Shown one piece after another: positions 19,252 to 28,765 of a stretch of DNA of 64,000 bases. The notes beneath the pieces were generated by a model. That model was not told where the DNA came from. It saw only the letters and a program-made list of their open reading frames with translations, and ran no database searches. Both the position numbers and the translations under genes were made by a program. Each line of letters starts with the position of its first letter. Positions within the stretch are counted from its first letter, which is position 1. The stretch comes from Spirochaetia bacterium (lineage in GTDB: Bacteria; Spirochaetota; Spirochaetia; SZUA-6; Bin103), in the NCBI GenBank assembly GCA_965198005.1, contig CBDAOI010000004.1, positions 576,001 through 640,000 of the forward strand, given 5' to 3'.

Positions 19252-21377
19252 GCACTGGCGCGATCGACGACTACGTGCTGGCAAAATCGTCGCCGGAGTC
19301 TGTGGACGGTCCGGAGTCGTCGGGCGGTTCCAGGCACAACGTGTTTCGCGGCGTGGTGATCCGTCTGGCCGCACTGACCGCGGTGCTGCTGCTGCTCTCG
19401 CAGGCGGTGGTCTCCTACCTGTTGGCCACGACCTTCGAAGACTCGCTGCTGCCCGAAATACGGCGCAAGGCGGAGGTAGCGGGCGAGCTTGCCGCCGAAC
19501 AGATCGGCTATGCCCTGTCGCTGGGCATCCCGCTCGACGCGCTGGTCGACATGGACGTGTTCCTGCAGGGCGTGCTCGACCGCAATCCGGACTTCACCTA
19601 TCTCGGAGTGCTGGACGCCGGCCACACCGTACTGTACTCCGCCGGCGCCGCGGCGCCGCCGACAGACGGCGACGGCCAGTCACTGATGCTGCCCATCATC
19701 GTCGACGGCGAGGTCGCCGCGTTCCTGCAGGTGGGCGTGCATGAAGGCGCGATCCGTTCCGAGCTCGCGGAACTGCGGCTGGACATCGGCACCGTGTTCC
19801 TGGCGACTCTGCTGGTGGGGATCGAGTTGCTGGTGGCGTTCGTGGTAGTGCGGGTGTCCGGTCCGATCCAGCTCGCCGACCGGTTGATACTCCTCAGCGC
19901 GAAGGGCGATTTCCTGCGCCGCATCGGGCTGCGGAACAAGGACGAAATCGGCGCGTTTGCGGGCGCCTACAACGCCACGGTGCATGGCGTAAACAGTGCC
20001 TTCGAGACCCTGACGGAGGAGGCCGAGGATGCGCGTGCCGTGCAACTCGATGGCCGAGTGCAGCAGCGCATCAGGGACGTAGTGGCGGCGCTTGGCCGAC
20101 GGTTTCGCTTTACCTCGCCCGGCACCGAGGAGACCATAGTGCCGCGTTCGCCGATGGACGTGCGCGTACCGTTCTTTCTGTTCATGTTGGCGCAGGAGCT
20201 CTCGCGTCCGTTCCTGCCGCTGTTCTTCGACCAGGTCTATACGCCGATCGGAGGGTTGAGCCATGAGCTTACCATCGGCTTGCCGATTACCACGTTCATG
20301 GTGATGGTGCTCATCTCGACCCCGATCGCAGCGGCGCTCACCGATCGGATCGCCCCGCGCGCGATGTTCGTCGTCGGTATCTTCCCGTCGGTCGTGGGGC
20401 ACGTGGGGGTTGCATTCTCGACCAGCATTGTGGAGGTGCTGTTCTGGTGGACCCTGGCGGGGGTCGGCTATGGCGTGATTTTCATCTCGGCGCAGGCGTA
20501 CGTGGCGCACCACACGGTGCAGTCGCGGCGGGCGGTGGGAATGTCCGGGTTCGTGGGGGCGATCTTCGCGGCGTTCGTCTGCGGGCCGGCGATCGGCGGA
20601 ATTCTGGCCGATCGCCTGGGCTATGAGCAGACGCTGCTGGTGGCCGCGGGGCTGGCCCTGTTTGCGGCCGGGGCGGCGCTGGTCACCATCGATCCCGGCA
20701 CCGGCCGCGCTGCCCGCGGCATACGCAGCCGCACCAGCGTAAACCGCAACTGGCGCCGGTTGCTTCTGCAACGCGACTTCGTCGCCTTGACCTTGTTGTC
20801 GGCGCTGCCGTCGAAGCTCGTCCTCGGTGGTCTGTTCTTCTATCTGGTCCCCCTGTTCCTCGCCGAGCTCGGGAATACGCAGTCGAACGTCGGACGGGTC
20901 ATGATGGTGTTCGGCGTGGCGTGCGTCGCGCTCACCCCGCTCGCCGCGCGCCGCTCCGACCGTCTGGACCGGCCGCGGACCATTATCACGGCAGGTGGAC
21001 TGGTCACCGGGCTCGGCTGCCTGCTGCCCGCGTTTGCCGAGTTGCTGCCTGGGTTCGACCAGCCCACGGTCGGGATGATCGCGGCGCTGGCGCTGATGGG
21101 GGCGGGCTTCGCGCTGGTCACCGCACCGCAACTTGCCGGGATCCAGAAGATCGCCGAGCGCGGCCGCGAATTCGGGGTCGGTCCCGGGGTGATCGTGGGC
21201 TCGTTTCGCACCTTGGAGCGGATCGGAACCGCGGCCGGCGCGGTGGTGGTCGGCACGCTGGTGACCTTTGTCGGCTATGCCGAGGCGATGTTGCTGGTCG
21301 GGGCGCTGGTCATTGCGTGTACGTTCGCCTTTGTCCTGCTCACCGTGCAAGCCACCGAACGCGAGGTGGCGGCATGA
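19248..21377 (+). CDS. Sensor-HAMP-MFS transporter fusion
   Basis: ATGA overlap start; TM-periplasmic-TM; HAMP (GDFLRRI...DEIGAFAGAYN); then about 12 TM MFS with GPAIGGILAD motif. Confidence 0.85.
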   Translation: MSTGAIDDYVLAKSSPESVDGPESSGGSRHNVFRGVVIRLAALTAVLLLLSQAVVSYLLATTFEDSLLPEIRRKAEVAGELAAEQIGYALSLGIPLDALVDMDVFLQGVLDRNPDFTYLGVLDAGHTVLYSAGAAAPPTDGDGQSLMLPIIVDGEVAAFLQVGVHEGAIRSELAELRLDIGTVFLATLLVGIELLVAFVVVRVSGPIQLADRLILLSAKGDFLRRIGLRNKDEIGAFAGAYNATVHGVNSAFETLTEEAEDARAVQLDGRVQQRIRDVVAALGRRFRFTSPGTEETIVPRSPMDVRVPFFLFMLAQELSRPFLPLFFDQVYTPIGGLSHELTIGLPITTFMVMVLISTPIAAALTDRIAPRAMFVVGIFPSVVGHVGVAFSTSIVEVLFWWTLAGVGYGVIFISAQAYVAHHTVQSRRAVGMSGFVGAIFAAFVCGPAIGGILADRLGYEQTLLVAAGLALFAAGAALVTIDPGTGRAARGIRSRTSVNRNWRRLLLQRDFVALTLLSALPSKLVLGGLFFYLVPLFLAELGNTQSNVGRVMMVFGVACVALTPLAARRSDRLDRPRTIITAGGLVTGLGCLLPAFAELLPGFDQPTVGMIAALALMGAGFALVTAPQLAGIQKIAERGREFGVGPGVIVGSFRTLERIGTAAGAVVVGTLVTFVGYAEAMLLVGALVIACTFAFVLLTVQATEREVAA

Positions 21378-22393
21378 CCGCACGCATTCGCACCGGGTTG
21401 TTGACGGCGGTCCTGCTCGCCAGCGTCGCCGCCGGCGGCGCGGCCCAGGAGCCGGCCGCGCCGTTGCACATCTTTCTGGTGGTATGGCGCGGCGAGACCG
21501 ACGTCGAGCACGGCTTGCGTGCCCATCTGCGCGAGCGTGGCATCCGGGCGCGGTACACCTTGCGCAACCTCGCTCAGGATCGGAGCCGGATTCCCGAGGT
21601 GGTGGCGGAAATACAAGCCGTCCAACCGGACCTCGTGCATACCTTCGGCACCTCGACCGCCCTCGGCATTCTGGGCCCGCTCGGCGGGGCGCCGGGCGCG
21701 CACTCCGAGTGGGTGGAAGGAATTCCCGGGGTGTTCTCGCTCGTCTCCTATCCCCTGGCCGACAAGTCCAGGATCGTGGAGAGCCTCGAGTCGCCCGGAC
21801 GCAACGTCACCGGGACCACCTTTCTGGCCCCCATTGACACGCAGCTCGACGCCATTCTGGCCTACCGCTCCATCGATACGCTGGGCGCGATCTACAACCC
21901 GCTGGAGGTCAATTCGGTAATCAACATCGAGGATCTGCGAGCCGGGACCGCGGCGCGCGGGATCGAGCTGCTGGCGACACCGGTCCCGCTCAACGCCGAA
22001 GGCCGGCCCGACGCCGGCAACCTCGAGCAACTGACAACCGACCTGGTCGAGGGAGGAGCGGACTTCATCTACGTCGGCCCCGACTCGTTCGTGACCGTCA
22101 ACAGCGCCCGGATCACCACCACGGCCGCGGCGCGGGGCGTGCCGTCGTTCGCCACCACCGAGGCGAGCTTCGAGCGTTCGGAGGCGATGCTCGGGCTGGT
22201 GAGCCGCTACTATCTGGTCGGCAAGCTGGCCGGAGCTCAGATCGAACGGATCCTGGTGGACGGCGAGCGGCCGGAGGAGGTCCCGGTCAGGTCGCTGGCG
22301 CGATACGCGCTGCTGATCCGCATGCCGATGGCGCTGCAACTCGGCATCTACCCGCCGCTTGATCTGCTGCGCATCGCGCAGGTGGTCGAGTAG
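21374..22393 (+). CDS. ABC_sub_bind-type substrate-binding protein
   Basis: Signal peptide; SLESPGRNVTG, LGAIYNPLEVNS; ATGA overlap. Confidence 0.85.
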   Translation: MTARIRTGLLTAVLLASVAAGGAAQEPAAPLHIFLVVWRGETDVEHGLRAHLRERGIRARYTLRNLAQDRSRIPEVVAEIQAVQPDLVHTFGTSTALGILGPLGGAPGAHSEWVEGIPGVFSLVSYPLADKSRIVESLESPGRNVTGTTFLAPIDTQLDAILAYRSIDTLGAIYNPLEVNSVINIEDLRAGTAARGIELLATPVPLNAEGRPDAGNLEQLTTDLVEGGADFIYVGPDSFVTVNSARITTTAAARGVPSFATTEASFERSEAMLGLVSRYYLVGKLAGAQIERILVDGERPEEVPVRSLARYALLIRMPMALQLGIYPPLDLLRIAQVVE

Positions 22394-22399
22394 CTGCGC

Positions 22400-24913
22400 A
22401 TGGGAATCAAGACCCGCATCGGCACCATCGTCGTCGCCTTCATGGCGGTGATGATCGCGGGGTTGCTGTTGGCCGGATACCAGCGTGAAGAGTTGCTGCG
22501 CACGCAACTCGACCAGACCGAGATCGGCGGCAGTCGGGCGCTGTGGGGGAAGATCGTCGAGACCGGGATCCAGCGGATGCGTGAGCTCACGCCGATCGTC
22601 GAGCAGGACGCTCCGTTGCGCGCCGCGCTCGTCAGCGACGATCGCGGGCACATTTCGGAGGCTGCCGCGGACGTGCTGGCCCGGTTGCAGAGCACCGGCG
22701 ACGTAACCCGTCTCGATCTCGTGTCTCCGGCGCGGGAAGTGATGTATTCGTCGATGCCGGCGTTCGAACCCACCGCGGCGGCCAGCGCGGACGCTCTGGA
22801 AGCGATGATCGCCGAGCGCCGGGGCCGCAGCGGGGTGGCCATCGACGCGGCGCGCAACGTGACGCTGTCGGTGGGCGTGCTGCTGTACGACGAGGACGGG
22901 GCGCCGCTGGCCGTCGCCATCTGCGCGACCGACATCGTGCACGCACTGTCCGAGCTGAAGGAGGACACCGGCGCGGAGGCGCTGATCGTGAACCGGCGCG
23001 GCCGCCTGCTGGTCGGCACCGATCGGCAGATCTGGGACGCGGTGAGCGGCTCGGCCTGGCTCCGGGACCGCTCCGCGCAGGAGCTGCGCAGCGGCGATCG
23101 CGTGTTCTCGCTGGCCGCCTTCCCGCTGGTCGCCGAGCTGGGCAACCTGGTGGCGCAGGTGGTTACGGTGCGCGACGTGAGCGCGGCCTACGCCGAGCAG
23201 CGCCGGGTGAGCTGGATAACCTTCGCCGCGATCGGCGGCTTCCTGCTGCTGTCGCTGGTGGCCCTGTCGTACTACCTGCGCCGTGCCCTCTCGCCCCTGA
23301 CCGACGGGGTCGAGGTACTGGATGCGCTGTCGCGCGGCGATACGCAGGTGACCGTCAAGGTGGGCTACGAGCACGGCAACGACGAGCTGGCGCGCATCGC
23401 CGAGGCGGTCAACACCTTCCGCATCCAGACCCTCGCGCTGCGCCGCCACCGCCGCCGGGCGGCGCGCCGGCAGCGCCAGCAGGAACGATTCATCCGCAGC
23501 GAGATGACGCGCCTCTCCGCCACCCTGAACGAGGAAGAACGCCAGGACATTCTCAGCGATCTGGCCGAGATCGAGGCCCCGGCTGCGCCGGCTGCGCAGG
23601 AGCACCCGGAACTGACCGGCGACGGGGACCCGGGAGGCGGTCTGCAGGTGATGGGGTTCGCGTTCCGGAAGATGGCCGATCGGGTGGGGCGGCAACAGCA
23701 ACGGCTGCGGACGCTGGTAGCCGAGTTGCAGGAGGCGCTGCGTACCCGGACCGCCTACATGGCCCTGCAGCACGACCTCCAGATCGCGACCCGCGTGCAG
23801 CGTTCGTTTCTCCCCGGCGAGCGCCTGGACGCCGGCGGCGCGCACATCCATGCGACCATGCACACGGCCAAGGAGGTGGGCGGCGACTTCTACGACTTCT
23901 TTCCGCTCGACCAGGATCGCATCGGGATCGTGATCGGCGACGTCGTCGGCAAGGGGGTGCCGGCGTCCCTGTTCATGGCCGTCACCCGCACGGTGATCCG
24001 CGCCACCGCGCGCTACCTGGAGGATGGACCCGGCAAGTGTCTGGAGATGGTCAACGAGACGCTGACCGATGCGTCGCGGGCGGACGTCTTCGTGACCGTG
24101 TTCTACGGCATCTTCGACCGCCGGGACGGCCGTCTGCGGTATTCGAATGGCGGCCATAACCCGCCGGTGCTGGTCGCTCCGGGACAGGCCGAGCTGCTGC
24201 CGCTGACCGGCGGCGTGGCGCTGGCGATGTTCGACGGCCTCACCTACGGCGATGGGGAGGTGACGGTTCCCCCGAGCGGCAAGCTGTTTCTCTACACCGA
24301 CGGGGTGCCCGAGTCGACCAACGTGCATGAGGAGGAATTCGGTTACGACCGGATGCGGGAAAACCTGCTGTCGAGCGCGGACCGCAGTCCCAGCGACACG
24401 ATCGAGACCATGCTGCGGCGAGTCGAGGCGTTTGCCGGGGCGGCGCCGCAATTCGACGACATCGCCATGCTGGTCCTCAGCCGTGAGCAGGCCGCCGACC
24501 GAATCGTGGTCCACCGCTTCTCGCTACGCAACGACTTGGCCGAGATCCCCCGTGCCACGGGCGAGCTGGCCGAGTTCGCGAAGCGTGGTGGTATCGACGC
24601 GGCCGACACCAGGAAGCTGCAGATGGCCCTCGCCGACGTGCTCACCACCACCATCGACTACCGGCTGCCGGCGGGCAGCACGTACGAGATCGCCGTTCGG
24701 GCTTTGCTCGAAGATGGCACGGTGGAGGTGGCGGTGGACGACGACGGCGCCCCGTACGAGCTGGTGGATCCACCGTCGGACATTGACCCCGAGGAACGCT
24801 ACGTAAGCCAGGCCGGCGGCAAGATCGTGCGCCCCATGCAGATGGACGACGTGGACTCCGCTACGGTTGGCGGGCACAATCGGCTCATCATGCGCAAACG
24901 GGTCGTGGCGTGA
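22400..24913 (+). CDS. Membrane sensor-HAMP-SpoIIE (PP2C) phosphatase with C-terminal degenerate HATPase
   Basis: EVGGDFYD, IGDVVGKG, YTDGV, FDDIAML PP2C motifs; C-terminal RsbW-like fold. Confidence 0.92.
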   Translation: MGIKTRIGTIVVAFMAVMIAGLLLAGYQREELLRTQLDQTEIGGSRALWGKIVETGIQRMRELTPIVEQDAPLRAALVSDDRGHISEAAADVLARLQSTGDVTRLDLVSPAREVMYSSMPAFEPTAAASADALEAMIAERRGRSGVAIDAARNVTLSVGVLLYDEDGAPLAVAICATDIVHALSELKEDTGAEALIVNRRGRLLVGTDRQIWDAVSGSAWLRDRSAQELRSGDRVFSLAAFPLVAELGNLVAQVVTVRDVSAAYAEQRRVSWITFAAIGGFLLLSLVALSYYLRRALSPLTDGVEVLDALSRGDTQVTVKVGYEHGNDELARIAEAVNTFRIQTLALRRHRRRAARRQRQQERFIRSEMTRLSATLNEEERQDILSDLAEIEAPAAPAAQEHPELTGDGDPGGGLQVMGFAFRKMADRVGRQQQRLRTLVAELQEALRTRTAYMALQHDLQIATRVQRSFLPGERLDAGGAHIHATMHTAKEVGGDFYDFFPLDQDRIGIVIGDVVGKGVPASLFMAVTRTVIRATARYLEDGPGKCLEMVNETLTDASRADVFVTVFYGIFDRRDGRLRYSNGGHNPPVLVAPGQAELLPLTGGVALAMFDGLTYGDGEVTVPPSGKLFLYTDGVPESTNVHEEEFGYDRMRENLLSSADRSPSDTIETMLRRVEAFAGAAPQFDDIAMLVLSREQAADRIVVHRFSLRNDLAEIPRATGELAEFAKRGGIDAADTRKLQMALADVLTTTIDYRLPAGSTYEIAVRALLEDGTVEVAVDDDGAPYELVDPPSDIDPEERYVSQAGGKIVRPMQMDDVDSATVGGHNRLIMRKRVVA

Positions 24914-24929
24914 GGGAGAGGCTCGGATA

Positions 24930-25580
24930 ATGCTCAGGTTTTCCGAAGAGATCAATTTGCTGCTGCTCGACGACGGAGGTGGTACGTTCGTCGACTTGCC
25001 GCCGCACGCGCTCGAGTTCGCCCTGGCCGGCGCCGTGCTGATGGATCTTGCCCTGGAGGGCCGCATCGATACCGATCCGCAGCGGCTGTTCGTCGTGGAC
25101 CCGGCACCGGTGGATGACGATTTGCTCGATCCGACGCTGCGCCTCATCGTGAATTCACTGGTGACCCACGACACGCGGCATTGGCTCCAGGAGGTAACCT
25201 CGACCGCCGATGACATCCGCGAACGCTCGCTCGCCCGGCTGGTCGAACGGGGCGTGTTGCGGCAGGAGCGGGGCCGGTTCCTGTGGGTGTTCCGTACCCG
25301 GCGCTATCCGGTGCTGGACAACCAGCCGGTGCGTGAGGTGAAGCTGCGGATCATGGACGTGCTGCGCAGCACTGACATCCCCGACGTGCGGGACCTGGTG
25401 ATCATCGCGCTGGCGGACGTATGCGGTATATTCGGGAGTCTGCTCTCCCGGCAGGAACTGGCGGCGATCACGCCGCGCATCCGCCAGCTCGGCAAGCTGG
25501 ATCTGATTGCCCGCGAAGTCACCCTGGCGGTGCGGGAAATCGAATCGGCTCTCGCCTTCTCAATGGTGACGGTGCACTGA
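24930..25580 (+). CDS. GPP34 (GOLPH3/Vps74-like) family protein
   Basis: EEINLLLLDD, LAGAVLMDLALEGRI, LVERGVL...FLWVFRTRRYP. Confidence 0.85.
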   Translation: MLRFSEEINLLLLDDGGGTFVDLPPHALEFALAGAVLMDLALEGRIDTDPQRLFVVDPAPVDDDLLDPTLRLIVNSLVTHDTRHWLQEVTSTADDIRERSLARLVERGVLRQERGRFLWVFRTRRYPVLDNQPVREVKLRIMDVLRSTDIPDVRDLVIIALADVCGIFGSLLSRQELAAITPRIRQLGKLDLIAREVTLAVREIESALAFSMVTVH

Positions 25581-25606
25581 GTGAGGCGGGCGGGCCGGCG
25601 GCCGCG

Positions 25607-25945
25607 TCAGCCGGCGACCGCCGCCACGGCCTCGGATCTGGCCGCGTGCACCGCAATGATCCGGTCGAAGCCGCTGATCTCGAACACCTCGCGAATCGAC
25701 TCCGAGAGCGAGCAGAGCGCGAACCTGGCCTGCTGCCGCTGCAGCTTCCGAGCGATCAGCAACATCGCGCGCAGGCCCGAGCTGCTGATGTAGGAGAGCT
25801 GCTCGAGATCCATGACCACGGCGCGGTCTCCGTCGTCGATCACCGCCTCCAGATCATCCTGGAATTGTTGTGAGTTGCTGCCGTCAATCCGACCTGCAGC
25901 CTTCACGATCAAGGCTGCTGCTTCCCGTTCCGTGCTGATTTCCAC
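25607..25945 (-). CDS. STAS anti-sigma factor antagonist (RsbV-like)
   Basis: GRID, DLEQLSYISSSGLR phospho-Ser motif, VFEISGF. Confidence 0.92.
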   Translation of the reverse strand: MEISTEREAAALIVKAAGRIDGSNSQQFQDDLEAVIDDGDRAVVMDLEQLSYISSSGLRAMLLIARKLQRQQARFALCSLSESIREVFEISGFDRIIAVHAARSEAVAAVAG

Positions 25946-26111
25946 TCAACTCTCTCCTGTCCCGAGGTCACGAGACGGCGCGCGCGGCGCGAACGTGCCG
26001 CGAGGGTCCTCGCGAGGACCCTAAGGATTAACGTCCATCGCGCGTCACGGCGGCGCCGCCGGAACGGTACCGGCGGCGCCCCGTTGACGTTGATGAACGG
26101 CTGGTGTCCGA

Positions 26112-26699
26112 CTAACCGGGCGTGTGAAGGAACTCGGCGTCGATCTCGAGCCGCACGTCGTTGGCGACGATCAGGCCGCCGTTGTCCATCGTCCTGCTCC
26201 ACGACACGCCGAAGTCGTGGCGGTTGATCGTGGCGCGGCCCTCGATGCCGACACGGACGCCATCCGGCGCGGCCATCGGTCCGGCGATGGTGATCGGCAG
26301 CTCGATCTCGCGGGTGACGCCGCGGATCGTGAGGTCGCCGCGCACCACGTAGCCGTCGTCGGTCATGGCGAGGCTGGTGCTCTCGAAGGTGATGGTGGGA
26401 TGGTTGGCGACGTCGAAGAAGTCGGCGCTACGCAGGTGGTTGTCGCGCTGGTCGTTGTTGGTGTCGATGCTGGCGACCTGGATGGTGGCCATCAGCGAGA
26501 AGCTCGACATGTCCGCGGGGTCGAAGTTGAAGCTGGCGTCGAAGTCGTTGAACGAACCGGTCGTCTTGGCGAGCACCATGTGGGCTACGCGAAAGCCGAC
26601 GTTGGTGTGCGGATGGTCGACTTTGAACTCCGCGGCCAGCGCGGTGTGGGCGGCGAGCACGAGGGCTACGCACGCGAAGGCTACAGACCTGAATTTCAT
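26112..26699 (-). CDS. yceI: YceI family protein
   Basis: Signal peptide; SIDTNNDQRDNHLRSADFF, GDLTIRGVT. Confidence 0.92.
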   Translation of the reverse strand: MKFRSVAFACVALVLAAHTALAAEFKVDHPHTNVGFRVAHMVLAKTTGSFNDFDASFNFDPADMSSFSLMATIQVASIDTNNDQRDNHLRSADFFDVANHPTITFESTSLAMTDDGYVVRGDLTIRGVTREIELPITIAGPMAAPDGVRVGIEGRATINRHDFGVSWSRTMDNGGLIVANDVRLEIDAEFLHTPG

Positions 26700-26825
26700 C
26701 GGGTCCTCCTTGTGGCAGGATTTCCTGCTGATTTGAGTGTCACACGAGAACATGCCGCGCGCACGGCAGCGTGTCAAGTACACGAGGCGCGCCGGGCGCG
26801 CCGGCGCCCGCCCATGATCGCAGGT

Positions 26826-27617
26826 TCAGTCCCAGATGCCGGCCGCGGTCAGGTCGGCCGCCACCCGCTCCGCCCAGCCGCGGTTGGCGGCGGGGCTGGC
26901 CGGGCTCGGATGCAGTATCGCGAGGCAGCGCGGGCGCTCCGCAGCGGGCACCCGGGCGGCGACCCGGTGCGCGGCCCGGGTGGCGAATGCGCCCACGCCC
27001 ACCAGCCAGCGCGGGCGGAGCTGGGCGATCACCCGCGCCAGGTGGCGGTCGCACGCCTCCAGCAACGGCGTCCGTTCGGCGGCGGGCAGCCGGTCCGGCG
27101 TGCGGTTGCGTCCCGAGCGCTCCAGGAACATCAGCGGACAGTAGTTCACCACGAACTGTCCGGCTGCGCCGAAGAACGCCGCCGGCCGCCCGAACCGGTC
27201 GCGGAACAGCCCCCACAGCCGGCTGCCGCTCACCTCCCGCCGCCGGCAGGCGAAGCCGTCGACCGGCCGCCGGGGGTGGACCAGCGCCGGCGGCCGTACC
27301 GCACACTCGATCCCCAGCCACTCGCGCACCAGCGCCACGTCGCCGAACGGCACACCGGTCTGGGCCATGCCGAACGGTCCCGGGTTCATTCCCAGGAACA
27401 CGGTACGGGCCTGCGCCGGGGCGTGCCGCTCGACGTATGCCTGGAACCCGCACCACGCGTACTCGAGCGGCGCGTACACGCACTGCACGGGATCCGCGAA
27501 CCGCAGCTCGGTCAGGGCGGCGCCCAGCGCGCGTGCCGCGTTCAGCAGTTCGGTGGCGGCGGCGCGCCGGTGCGCCGGCATGCGCAACCGCGCCGCGGCC
27601 GACAGGTGAAGGTCCAC
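26826..27617 (-). CDS. SMUG1-type uracil-DNA glycosylase (family 3)
   Basis: GMNPGPFGMAQTGVPFG, EVSGSRLW, HPSPASP; start may be 27581. Confidence 0.9.
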   Translation of the reverse strand: MDLHLSAAARLRMPAHRRAAATELLNAARALGAALTELRFADPVQCVYAPLEYAWCGFQAYVERHAPAQARTVFLGMNPGPFGMAQTGVPFGDVALVREWLGIECAVRPPALVHPRRPVDGFACRRREVSGSRLWGLFRDRFGRPAAFFGAAGQFVVNYCPLMFLERSGRNRTPDRLPAAERTPLLEACDRHLARVIAQLRPRWLVGVGAFATRAAHRVAARVPAAERPRCLAILHPSPASPAANRGWAERVAADLTAAGIWD

Positions 27618-27653
27618 GGTCCGACTGATTATAATTGATTATAGTACCTGTGC

Positions 27654-28721
27654 TTGGCGCAGCCCTATGACGTGATCTCGCCCGCCATGCAGGCCGCCTA
27701 CTACGAGCAGCACCCGTACAACGTCGTGCGGCTGATCCTCGGCCGCGAGCATGCCGCCGATACCGCCACCGACAACCGCTATGCCCGGGCCGCGGCCACG
27801 CTCGCGAGCTGGCGGCAGCGCGGCGTGCTGCGGCACGCGGTCCGGCCGTCGTTCTGGGTCTACGAGCAGCGGTTCAACCTGCCCGGAAGCGGCGAGCGCC
27901 GGGTGCACGGCTTCATCGGCCTGGTCCGGCTGCAGGACTACGCCGCCGGTCTCATCCTGCCGCATGAGCAGGTCATGCGCGGCGTGGTGCACGATCGGCT
28001 CCGGCTGATGCGCGCCACCAATCTGCAGATGGAGTACATCTGGTCGATCTATCAGGATCGCGCGTATGCGATCGACGACATGCTGAACAGCGTTGCGCGC
28101 GACCCTCCGGTGCTCGACCACGTGGAGCAGCCGCAGATCCGGATCGCGGCGCCCGGATAACGCGGATGATGCGCGAGCACGCGCTCTTCATCGCGGACGG
28201 CCACCACCGCTATCAGACCATGCTCACCTTCCGCGACGAGATGCGCCGCCGCCATCCGGACGGCCGGTCGCGACGCGCCGTGGGAGTTCATCATGATGTT
28301 CCTGGTCAACAGTGAGCACCAGGGGCTGACGGTGCTGCCCACCCACCGGGTGCTGCACGACCTCGACCTGGCCGATCGGCGGGCGCTGGTAGGGCCGATC
28401 ATGCAGCACTTCCGGGTCAAGATGTACACCCACGCCGCGGCCGGCCGGGCGGAGGCGCAGCGACGGTGGCTGCGCGACCTGGCGGACCTGGAGCCGGGCG
28501 AGCACAAGATCGGGGCGTACGTGCGCAACAGCGGCTGCTACGCCCTGGCGGCGGTCGACCGGCGCACGGCCGACGTGGCGTTGCTGCTCAATCCCACCCG
28601 GCTGGAAGACGTGCTGGAGATCGCGCGCGCCGGCGAGCGCATGCCGCGCAAGTCCACTCACTTCTATCCGAAGCCGGTGTCCGGGCTCGTCTTCTATCCG
28701 ATGGATTATCCGATGGATTGA
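27654..28721 (+). pseudogene. DUF1015 family protein, 5'-truncated, frameshifted and deleted
   Basis: PYDVIS, ILPHE, IADGHHRY, LPTHRV and MPRKSTHFYPK motifs spread over three frames. Confidence 0.85.
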
Positions 28722-28765
28722 CAGCGCGGCAGGTGCCTTTCGTAGACTGGCACGCAAGTCAGCCA

